Origin: Planctomycetia bacterium | Lineage (GTDB): Bacteria > Planctomycetota > Planctomycetia > Pirellulales > UBA1268 | Direction of reading: 5' to 3' | DNA length: 64,000 bases | Assembly (NCBI GenBank): GCA_026401075.1 | Contig: JAPLNQ010000266.1 | Coordinates: 2,972 to 66,971 of the forward strand | Shown: positions 18,942 through 26,870 of the stretch, piece after piece | Position numbering within the stretch: the first letter of the stretch is position 1 | How the letters are laid out: every line of letters starts with the position of its first letter | The notes under the pieces: model-generated | Databases searched by the model: none | The model's input: only the letters and a program-made list of their open reading frames with translations | Told to the model about the DNA's origin: nothing | Made by a program: the position numbers and the translations under genes

Positions 18942-19996
18942 GGTGTTTCGCGTGGTGCTTCAGCGCTGACTGGTTCGGGAAAGCTGACTGGTTCGGGAAA
19001 GCTGACTGGTTCGGGAAAGCTGACTGGTTCGGGAAAGCTGACTGGTTCGGGAAAGCCAAGCCGTTTGTCGACCAGATTCCTGAGCGGATGTGCCGACAGA
19101 TGCCTGCGGAGATTATCGCAGAAAAAGTCGGTCATCGCATCAATTCGGCGGGCCGATTGGCCGGCGACGTGCGGCGTGATCAACAGGCGTGGCGCCCGCC
19201 AGAGCCGGCTCTCCGGCGGCGGCGGTTCGATGGGCGTCACATCGACCGCGGCGGAATCGAGGTGGCCACTCTCCAGGGCGTCGACCAGTGCGTTTTCGTC
19301 GACCAGTTTGCCGCGGGCCATGTTGATGAGGATTGCACCTCGTTTCATTCTCGCGATTGCGGCGGCGTCGATGATGCCGCGGGTCTGGGGCGTGAGCGGC
19401 GCACAGAGAAAGAGGATGTCGGCCTCCGCAAGGACGGTGGGGAGGGTCTCAGGGCCACCGAGCCGTTCGACAGCGGCCGGCTTGCGGACGGGAAAGTAGT
19501 CGGTGGCAACGATCCTCACGCGGAAGGGCGCGAGCACCTCCACCAGCCGACGGCCCACGCCTCCCAGGCCCACGATGCCGACCGTCGCGTCGGTGAGGTC
19601 ACGGGTGGGGCGTCGGACAAACTCCTGCCGCTGTTGCTGCTCCAGGAACAGGGGAATCCGTCGCGTGCAGGCGATGGCCAGCCCGAGGCCGTGCTCGGCC
19701 ACCTGGTCGGCGAGCACCCCCGAGGCGCTTGTGACGATGATGTCTGAGCCGATCACCACCGGCACCAGACAGTGGTCGAGTCCGGCGGCCGAAGACTGGA
19801 TCCAGCGGAGCCTGCCCGCCTGGACGACGTCGTCCCAGGGCACCGGCACCTTGGGGTGGCCGCAGAAGATGTCGGCGGTGGGCAGTTCGGCAGCCACCCG
19901 CTCCTGGCCGGCATCGATGATTTCGGCATGGGGGGCGACCGCCTGAATCTGGGCGATGTGATGAGGCTCGACGGGATAGCAGAGGACGATGCGCAT
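18938..19996 (-). CDS. D-isomer-specific 2-hydroxyacid dehydrogenase family protein with a C-terminal (FPEPVS)x5 repeat tail
   Basis: The NAD-binding motif is VGIVGLGGVGRRL. The catalytic region shows ILINMARGKLVD, DVTPIEP and ITPHVAGQS. The last roughly 40 aa, GFPEPVSFPEPVSFPEPVSFPEPVSFPEPVSAEAPRETP, lie beyond the usual family end. Confidence 0.85.
   Translation of the reverse strand: MRIVLCYPVEPHHIAQIQAVAPHAEIIDAGQERVAAELPTADIFCGHPKVPVPWDDVVQAGRLRWIQSSAAGLDHCLVPVVIGSDIIVTSASGVLADQVAEHGLGLAIACTRRIPLFLEQQQRQEFVRRPTRDLTDATVGIVGLGGVGRRLVEVLAPFRVRIVATDYFPVRKPAAVERLGGPETLPTVLAEADILFLCAPLTPQTRGIIDAAAIARMKRGAILINMARGKLVDENALVDALESGHLDSAAVDVTPIEPPPPESRLWRAPRLLITPHVAGQSARRIDAMTDFFCDNLRRHLSAHPLRNLVDKRLGFPEPVSFPEPVSFPEPVSFPEPVSFPEPVSAEAPRETP
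18965..19054. repeat. perfect tandem repeat, 18 bp x 5 (GCTGACTGGTTCGGGAAA)
   Basis: Read directly from the sequence: five identical head-to-tail copies. It is in frame within the 3' end of the dehydrogenase gene. Confidence 0.95.
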
Positions 19997-20238
19997 ACCT
20001 ACGGTTTTCGCCGGAACGGGCTCAAATGTGCAAGTCGGTACCGGCCGACGGGTGTTGCGTTCGTCCCACTACTTGCCGAGGCGGGTTGTCGTGGTTTAAT
20101 ACACCTAGCGGGCTGAAGCCTCACGGTCGAGGGTGCCGATGGTTTGTGATTTGGTGGGCTTTGGCCTGGCTAGCAGGCCGTTGTCGGCCCATCTCCCTCT
20201 CGCTCCCTCTCGAACAGCTGACCTTCCCGGTGCATCCC

Positions 20239-21174
20239 ATGCGTTCCACGCTGCTGGCCGTTGTGGCCCTCGCCTTCCTGCGGATCGTCGTCGGGATGCA
20301 CTTTTTCCTGGAGGGGTTGAGCCATCTTCGCGATCCGGGCTGGTCGAGCGCTGGCTTTCGCAAGGCCGCTGTCGGACCGCTTGCCGATTTCTACCAGTCC
20401 GATCTGCCCCAGACGGGCAACTGGTCAGAGACGCTGGGCACGATCGATAAACGTTCCCTGGACGACGCGCTCGCCGCCTGGAAGGCCAGTGTCGTGGCAG
20501 GCTGGCAGCGGCGGCTTGAGGAGCGGCAGAAACTGGTTCCGCTGGATGAGGCCTCGATGGCCGAAGCCAAGCGTTGCCTTCAGGCCGCCGAGGATGAGCT
20601 TGATGCGTATGCCGCCGACAAGATGATCGTCCTGGGGGAGTACCGGTCCGAACTCGCCCGGCGGTGGGAAATGGAGAGTTCGCCGGAAGCCGCCCGAGTG
20701 CCCTTTATTCGCGAGCTGATCTCCAAGGGCCGGCGGGCGCTGGCCGCCCAGCAGGCGGAATGGATGCGGGACGCTGCGGCCATCGGCGCCAAGCTGGAGT
20801 CGAACTGGGATGAGCCGCGGACGGGCGCCGAACGGCAGCGGCTCTCCGGCGGCATCACGCCGACGCGGCTCTGGAGGGCTGACAGATTCGTGAGCTGGTC
20901 GCTGGTCACGATCGGTGCCTGCCTGGTGCTGGGAATTCTCGTGAAGTTCAACGCCGTGGGCGGCGCCTTCTTCCTGGCCAGCATCATCGCTTCCCAGCCG
21001 TTCTGGGTGCCTGATGCCCAGGCCACGTATAACCAATGGGTGGAACTCGCCGCCCTGCTCGCAATCGCCAGCCTGCCGACCGGCGGCTGGAGCGGCCTCG
21101 ATTTTTTCGTCAAAAAATGGCTCGGAAATTTCTGTCCGCTGACCGGCTGCTGCCGGACGGCATCCCCCGAGTGA
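20239..21174 (+). CDS. DoxX-family membrane protein with a large soluble coiled-coil insert
   Basis: Part of ORF 20026..21174. ATG at 20239 gives MRSTLLAVVALAFLRIVVGMHFFLEGLSHL, a DoxX-like first helix. A central charged helical region follows, and C-terminal helices read WSLVTIGACLVLGILVKFNAVGGAFFLASII. Confidence 0.6.
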   Translation: MRSTLLAVVALAFLRIVVGMHFFLEGLSHLRDPGWSSAGFRKAAVGPLADFYQSDLPQTGNWSETLGTIDKRSLDDALAAWKASVVAGWQRRLEERQKLVPLDEASMAEAKRCLQAAEDELDAYAADKMIVLGEYRSELARRWEMESSPEAARVPFIRELISKGRRALAAQQAEWMRDAAAIGAKLESNWDEPRTGAERQRLSGGITPTRLWRADRFVSWSLVTIGACLVLGILVKFNAVGGAFFLASIIASQPFWVPDAQATYNQWVELAALLAIASLPTGGWSGLDFFVKKWLGNFCPLTGCCRTASPE

Positions 21175-21235
21175 TCCTTTTTGAGTGATCCGCTATTAAG
21201 TGATCCCTGTTCAGTGATCCCCTGTTGATCGATCC
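21171..21235 (+). repeat. array of five direct GTGATCC-type repeats with a 14-15 bp period
   Basis: GTGATCC occurs at 21171, 21185, 21200 and 21214, and CGATCC at 21230. The last three copies share GATCC(C)CTGTT. The array spans the gap between the DoxX stop and the oxidoreductase ATG. Confidence 0.7.
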
Positions 21236-21256
21236 CCTGTTTTGGAAGGCGACGCG

Positions 21257-22942
21257 ATGAACCTGACGGAAGATCAGAAAACGATCGGCAAGGAGAATTT
21301 TGCCGACGTCATCAACATCACGCGGCGGGATTTTCTCACCGGCACGCTCGCCGCGGGCCTCGCCACGGGTGCGGGCCTGGGATCGATCTACTTCGGCTAC
21401 GGCAAGAGCGTCGGCAACCCGCTCCGCGTGGGCGTTCTCGGCACGGGCGACGAGGGCAGCGTGCTCCTGGGCGCCCACAATCCCGACTACCTCAATGTTG
21501 TCGCGATCGCCGACATCCGCCCCTACAACGTCTTCCGCGCGTTCCACGGCGACGTCTCCAGCCCCACTGCTTATACCGCCCGTCCGGGCCTGATGGCGAA
21601 GTACAAGTGGTCGAGCGAGGACGAGGCCCGCAAGCAGGTGAAGGTCTACGCTGCCTACGAAGACCTCCTGGCCGACGATGAAATCGAGGCCGTGGTCATC
21701 GCCCTGCCCCTCCATCTCCACGCCGAGGCGGCGATCAAGGCGATGCGGGCCGGCAAGCACGTGCTCACCGAGAAGCTGATGGGCCACTCCATCCATGAAT
21801 GCAAGGAAATGAGCCGCGTCTCGCGGGAGACAGGCAAGATCCTCGCCACCGGCCACCAGCGGCACTACAGCGTGCTCTACGACAATGCCGTGCACACGAT
21901 TGGCAGGGCCGGGCTTCTCGGACAGTTGCATTCGATTCGGGCGCAGTGGCACCGCGGGAATCTGCCTGGCAACGACAGCTGGAAGCCGCCGATGCCCGAC
22001 GACGAGTCGCTCGCCAAGAAGCTGGTCGGCTGGAAGAAAGACCTCGAAACGGCCAAGCCCGCCGATATCGTGCCACTCACCAAGCGGATCGCGCAGCTCG
22101 AGGCGCAGATCTCTGACGCGCTGGTCGATGCTGGTAAGTATGGCTACACCCCGATGACGCTCGGCGACGGCGAGGCGCGGTCGCCGCTCCAGGAGCTCAT
22201 TCGCTGGCGGCTCTGGAACCGCACCGGCGGCGGCCTGATGGCGGAGCTCGGCAGCCACCAGCTCGATGCGGCAGGCATCTTCGTCTCGGCGATGCATGGC
22301 GAGGGGAAGAAGGTGAAGCCGCTCACGGTCACGGCCGTCGGCAACCGCAGCATCTTTCCGGCCGATCGCGAGGTCGAGGATCACGTCTACTGCATGTACG
22401 AGTATCCGGCCCCGGGATACGAAGAGGACAAGAACAAGAAGGTGGTCGTCACCTATTCGTCGATCAACGGCAACGGGTTTGGCGATTACGGCGAGGTGGT
22501 GATGGGCACGAAGGGCACGCTCGTGCTCGAACGCGAACAGGACGTGATGCTCTACAAGGGCTCGGCCAAGGACACCCGCGTGACGGTCACCAAGAAGAAG
22601 GACGGCTCAGCCGCGCTCGACACCACCGAGAGTGGCGGTGGCGGCGGACCGGCGGCCGGCGGCAAGGTGGCCGGCGACGGGGCCCCCCCTTCCCGCGGCT
22701 ACACCGAGGAGATGGAGCACTGGGCCTGGTGCATCCGCAATCCGTCGCCGGAAAACCAGCCGCGGTGCAAGCCGGAAGTGGCGATCGCCGACGCGGTGAT
22801 CGCGCTGGTGAGCAACATCGCGCTGGCGAATCCCGAGACGCAGGCCCGGATTCACTTCAAGCCGGAGTGGTTCGACATCGCCAGCGACGAGACTCCCGAA
22901 GGCGTGACGCCCGACACGGGCCGCGACCGCTATAAGGTCTGA
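21257..22942 (+). CDS. Gfo/Idh/MocA-family oxidoreductase with Tat signal peptide
   Basis: ATG at 21257 is preceded by GGAAGG. The twin-arginine motif is TRRDFLTGTLAAGLATGAGLG. The Rossmann motif is LRVGVLGTGDEG, and EKLMGHS is characteristic of the family. Confidence 0.85.
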   Translation: MNLTEDQKTIGKENFADVINITRRDFLTGTLAAGLATGAGLGSIYFGYGKSVGNPLRVGVLGTGDEGSVLLGAHNPDYLNVVAIADIRPYNVFRAFHGDVSSPTAYTARPGLMAKYKWSSEDEARKQVKVYAAYEDLLADDEIEAVVIALPLHLHAEAAIKAMRAGKHVLTEKLMGHSIHECKEMSRVSRETGKILATGHQRHYSVLYDNAVHTIGRAGLLGQLHSIRAQWHRGNLPGNDSWKPPMPDDESLAKKLVGWKKDLETAKPADIVPLTKRIAQLEAQISDALVDAGKYGYTPMTLGDGEARSPLQELIRWRLWNRTGGGLMAELGSHQLDAAGIFVSAMHGEGKKVKPLTVTAVGNRSIFPADREVEDHVYCMYEYPAPGYEEDKNKKVVVTYSSINGNGFGDYGEVVMGTKGTLVLEREQDVMLYKGSAKDTRVTVTKKKDGSAALDTTESGGGGGPAAGGKVAGDGAPPSRGYTEEMEHWAWCIRNPSPENQPRCKPEVAIADAVIALVSNIALANPETQARIHFKPEWFDIASDETPEGVTPDTGRDRYKV

Positions 22943-22948
22943 CCGAGC

Positions 22949-23075
22949 GGGTTGCCCGTGCCCCATCGCCGGACGTTCGCTCCGGCATCCTGCCTCCGCT
23001 CACTCGATGCTGACTGCGCTTCGGCATCCTGCCTGCGCGGGTCAGCAACGCCGGCTCTTGGGGCACGGGCAACCC
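22949..23075. repeat. repeat module A, copy 1: 127-bp long hairpin with 17-bp perfect terminal inverted arms
   Basis: The arms are GGGTTGCCCGTGCCCCA (22949-22965) and TGGGGCACGGGCAACCC (23059-23075). By eye the interior is about 80 percent identical to 31441-31538. It starts 7 nt after the oxidoreductase stop. Confidence 0.85.
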
Positions 23076-23081
23076 GCCCTG

Positions 23082-23172
23082 CCATCCAAGCCCGAAGCGC
23101 AAGCGAGAGGAATCCGCGTCCCAGCTCGTCAGGCCACCCGCATACCCTTGCTTGCGCTGCGGGCTTGGATGG
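23082..23172. repeat. repeat module C, copy 1: 23-bp stem hairpin with 45-nt loop
   Basis: CCATCCAAGCCCGAAGCGCAAGC (23082-23104) pairs with GCTTGCGCTGCGGGCTTGGATGG (23150-23172) with one mismatch. The arm sequence is related to 31662-31710. Confidence 0.75.
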
Positions 23173-23223
23173 AGAAAGCGGGTATCCAGAGCAGCAGGAT
23201 GCTCTGTTTCGCGAGACAAGAAG

Positions 23224-23243
23224 CCCCGGACGGAAGTCCGGGG
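23224..23243 (-). terminator. GC hairpin (8-bp stem, tetraloop), candidate intrinsic terminator for gcvP
   Basis: The plus strand reads CCCCGGAC-GGAA-GTCCGGGG. On the minus strand the hairpin is followed by CTTCTTGTCT. It belongs to the hairpin family also seen at 23307, 31586 and 31697. Confidence 0.4.
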
Positions 23244-23271
23244 ACACCGGGTTGTTGGGCGAGGGCGGGAC

Positions 23272-23331
23272 GGCATGGCACGCGGGATGGTGTTCCCACC
23301 CGGAGTCCCCCGGCTTCCGCCGGGGGCTTTC
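23272..23331 (+). repeat. repeat module B, copy 1 (60 bp, ends in a GC hairpin plus CTTT)
   Basis: GGCATGGCACGCGGGATGGTGTTCCCACCCGGAGTCCCCCGGCTTCCGCCGGGGGCTTTC matches the reverse complement of 31581-31640 at about 53 of 60 positions by hand alignment. The hairpin CCCCCGGC-TTCC-GCCGGGGG lies at 23307-23326 and may terminate plus-strand transcripts. Confidence 0.8.
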
Positions 23332-23384
23332 TGCCGTCCCGGCGGTGCGATTGTGATGCCCGAGAAAGCTCGAATGCCGGCCAG

Positions 23385-26248
23385 TCACTCCGCCCAGGCC
23401 GACACTGGCACGCAGCTGCAGAACAGGTTGCGATCGCCGTGGACGTTGTCCACCCGGGCGACCGATGGCCAGTATTTGCCGCGCTTGAGCGAGGCGACTG
23501 GAAAGACCGCGATTTCGCGGGCATAGGGACGGTCCCAGTCATCGTCGGCGATCGCGGCCGCGGTGTGGGGCGCGTGCTTGAGCGGGTTGTTGTCCTGCGG
23601 CCAGACCCCCTCCTCCACCTGCCGGATCTCCTCGCGAATCGCGATCATCGCCGCGATGAACCGGTCGAGCTCGGCGAGCGGCTCGCTCTCAGTTGGCTCC
23701 ACCATCAACGTGCCAGGCACCGGAAAACTGAGCGTGGGGGCGTGGAATCCGTAATCGACCAGCCGCTTGGCCACGTCTTCGGAGGTGATGCCGCTGGTTT
23801 CTTTCAGGGGCCGCAGGTCGAGGATGCACTCGTGGGCCACGCGGCCGTTGTCACTTGTGTAGAGGGTCGGGTAGTGGCCGCGGAGCCGGAAGCTCAAGTA
23901 GTTGGCGGCAAGAATGGCGGCTTCGGTGGCATGCCGCAGCCCGTCGGCACCCATCATCCGGCAATACATCCAGCTGATCGGCAGCACCGCGGCATTGCCC
24001 AGAGGCGCAGCCGACACGGCGCCCACATCACTGGCGGGCAGGCCCGCCGTGGCATGGCCGGGAAGGAAAGGCACGAGGTCTGCGACCACGCAGACCGGGC
24101 CGACGCCCGGGCCGCCGCCGCCGTGCGGAATGCAGAAGGTCTTGTGGAGGTTTAAGTGGCTGACGTCACCGCCGAATTCGCGAGGGGACACGGTACCGAC
24201 CAGGGCGTTCATGTTGGCGCCGTCGACATACACGCGGCCGCCGTGACGATGGACGATGTCGCAGAGCTTTCGGACCTGCGTCTCGAAGACGCCGTGGGTG
24301 CTTGGATAGGTGATCATCACCGCCGAGAGCCGGTCGCTGTACTGTTCGCACTTGGCCTGAAGTGGGCGTCGCAGCCGATGACGACGACCTCCATGCCGGC
24401 CATCTGGGCGCTGGCGGGGTTCGTGCCGTGAGCGGACGACGGGATCAGGCAGATCGTGCGGTGGCCCTGGCCCCTGGCCCGCTGCCAGGCCTGGATCACG
24501 AGCAGGCCGGCATACTCCCCCTGGCTGCCGGCATTGGGCTGCAGGCTGATGCCGGCATAGCCGGTGGCCTCGCAGAGCCAGTCGCGGAGCTGGCGTTCCA
24601 GGATCCAGTAGCCCTCCAGCTGGTCGGCGGGGGCGAACGGGTGGACGTTCGCGAACTCCGGCCAGGTGATCGGGATCATCTCGCTGGTGGCGTTGAGCTT
24701 CATCGTGCAGCTGCCCAGCGGGATCATGCTGCGGTCGAGCGCGAGATCCTTGTCGCTCAAACTCCGGATGTAGCGGAGCATCGCGGTTTCGCTGTGGTGC
24801 GTGTTGAAGACCGGATGCGTGAAGAAGTCGCTCGTCCGCCGCAGTGCGGCCGGGATCAGCGGCTCGATGCCCTGCTCGTAGATGGTGAGGTCGGGCACCG
24901 CCTGCCCCGGCGCCGCGAACACCTGCAGCAGCCGCACGAGATCGTCGCGGGTCGTCGTCTCGTCGAGCGAGATCGAGAGCGTGTGGGCATCGAGAGTCCG
25001 TAGGTTCATGCCGAGTTCGCGGGCCCGCGCCGACACTCCCGCGGTGCGGTCACCCGTTTCGAGGCAGAGCGTGTCGAAGGCGTGGGCATGTCTGATGGTG
25101 ACGCCAAGTCGCTTGAGCGCGTCGGCGAGCAACGCCGTGTAGGCCGCGATCCGTTGGGCGATCCGCGTGAGGCCCGCCGGCCCGTGATAGACGGCGTACA
25201 TGCTCGCCACCACGGCGGGCAGCACCTGGGCGGTGCAGATGTTGGAGGTGGCCTTCTCGCGACGGATGTGCTGCTCCCGGGTCTGCAGGGCGAGACGGTA
25301 GGCGGGCCGTCCCTCCGCATCGATGCTCACGCCCACGAGGCGGCCCGGCATCGACCGCTTGAAGGCGTCGCGGCAGGCGAAAAAGGCGGCGTGCGGGCCG
25401 CCGCAGCCCATCGGCATGCCGAACCGCTGCGTGGTGCCGGCCACGATGTCGGCCCCCCACTCGCCCGGCGGCATGAGCAGCGTCAGGGCCAAAAGATCGG
25501 CCACCACGCAGAGGAGGGCCTGTTTCGCGTGGACCCGCTCGGCGAGGCCGCGCCAATCAACCACTTCGCCATCGGTCGTGGGGTATTGGACCAGCACGCC
25601 GAAGCAGTCGTGGCGTTCGAGCAGGTCGCCGACGCTGCCGATCTGGACCTCGATGCCCAGCGGCCGGGCCCGCGTCTCGAGCACCTCGAGCGTCTGCGGG
25701 TGGCAGCGGCCATCCGCCAGGAACACCTGGCTCGTGCTCGTGGAGGTTCGTCGTGCGAGCGTCATCGCCTCGGCTGCGGCGGTGGCCTCGTCGAGCAACG
25801 ATGCATTCGCGATCGGCATGCCGGTGAGTTCGCAGACCATCGTCTGAAAATTGACGAGGGCCTCCATGCGGCCCTGGCTGATTTCCGCCTGATAGGGCGT
25901 GTAGGCGGTGTACCAGGCGGGATTCTCCAGGATGTTCCGCAGGATCACGCCGGGGGTGTGGGTGCCGTGGTAGCCTTGGCCGATGAAGCTCTTGAGGAGC
26001 CGGTTTCGGGATGCGATGGCCTTGAGTTCCGCGAGGGCGGTTGCCTCCGAGATGGGCAGCGGAAGCTTCATGGCCTCGCGGCGGGCGATGCTCGCTGGCA
26101 CGATGCCGTCCACAAGCGACTGGCATGAGGCCTCGCCAATCGCATCGAGCATGTGCCTCTCGTCGGCGGCATCGAGCCCGATGTGCCGGCCGCGAAACTC
26201 AGCGGCGTTTTCCAGGGAAGCCAGCGGGATGGCGGGGGATGCAGACAT
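23385..26248 (-). pseudogene. gcvP: glycine dehydrogenase (decarboxylating), single-chain GcvP, interrupted by a frame-shifting short deletion near 24362
   Basis: ORF 24317..26248 covers the N-terminal 643 aa through [29 protein letters not shown] 23385..24320 and its frame carry [27 protein letters not shown]...[18 protein letters not shown]. Compared with E. coli GcvP ([22 protein letters not shown]), about 7 residues (GNIDxxD) are missing and the frame changes. Confidence 0.8.
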
Positions 26249-26322
26249 GACAGAGCTCCTCTTCAGTCAATCAAGGGGTGGGAGGACTTGCCCGGTGAAG
26301 CGGCATGCCTCCACCAGGAACC

Positions 26323-26489
26323 CTGTTGTCCTTGGACCTGAGAGATTCGCCGCGGGCCTCACCCGCGGTTTGCCCCTTCGGTGGACGCTCAGCCCCAGCG
26401 GGGCCTCGAGTCACTCTCCAACAGTGCGATAGTCAGTACTTTTGCCTGAGCGTTCGGCCTTCGGCGGTCTTACGACTCTCTCCTGACAG
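26323..26489 (-). promoter_or_regulatory. tandem glycine riboswitch (two aptamers) in the gcvP leader
   Basis: On the minus strand, aptamer 1 reads CAGGAGAG...CCGCCGAAGG...CTCAGGCAAAAGTAC. Aptamer 2 reads TGGAGAG...CACCGAAGGGGCAAACC...CTCTCAGG..AAGGACAACAG. A leader with GAAGAGGAG and the gcvP ATG at 26248 follows. Confidence 0.85.
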
Positions 26490-26870
26490 CAGAAGTCTAG
26501 TCAGGGTCAGGAAAACCGACAACGCGGGGGCTTGAAAGGTCTCGCGGCCGGTGCATACTCTTTGCGAGAACGACTGGTTTTCCCGGCAGCGATTCTGGAC
26601 GCAGCCGGGGCAGCGGTCGGTTGATGGCGCCGTGGATATCCAACGCATATCTGCGGGGCTCGTCTGCCGTTCGTTGATCCGTTGAGTTGTCGAACGTTTT
26701 TGATTACCGTCCCCCCTCCTTCCCTCCAGACATCTTCGGAACTCACCGGCTCGTGGCTGCTCAGGCGGAGCGGTCGCGGGCTGTCAGCGGGTTTTTCCGT
26801 GAAGGCACGCTCCCCGGAGCGTGTTCGTTTCGGTCCGCGTCACACCCAAAACAAACCAGGATCCACTTCC

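Noticed and set aside
21171-21235. CRISPR array (also considered for the 41-bp repeat at 39031..39112 and the 18-bp repeat at 18965..19054)
   Set aside because: The repeats are far too short or lack spacers of CRISPR size. There are no cas genes, and the 18-bp repeat is coding.
23007-23066. Possible conserved micro-ORF MLTALRHP... inside repeat module A (also at 31486..31548)
   Set aside because: The shared peptide only reflects the conserved nucleotides. Downstream the two reading frames diverge completely: 20 aa then a stop in one copy, and no stop for 382 codons in the other. Neither has an RBS. A structural element explains the conservation better.
22949-23075. Module A as an integron attC site or a MITE
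   Set aside because: The arm ends read GTTGCCC...GGGCAAC, the wrong order and sequence for the RYYYAAC...GTTRRRY cores of attC. No integrase is nearby. No target-site duplication is visible at either copy, so a MITE is not demonstrated.
23406-23420. Sigma-54-like TGGCACGCAGCTGCA
   Set aside because: It lies inside the gcvP coding region on the antisense strand and lacks the TTGC -12 element.
21110-26128. ORFs 21110..22384(-), 23007..24155(+) and 25082..26128(+)
   Set aside because: They are antisense to the Gfo/Idh/MocA oxidoreductase and gcvP and are shadow ORFs.
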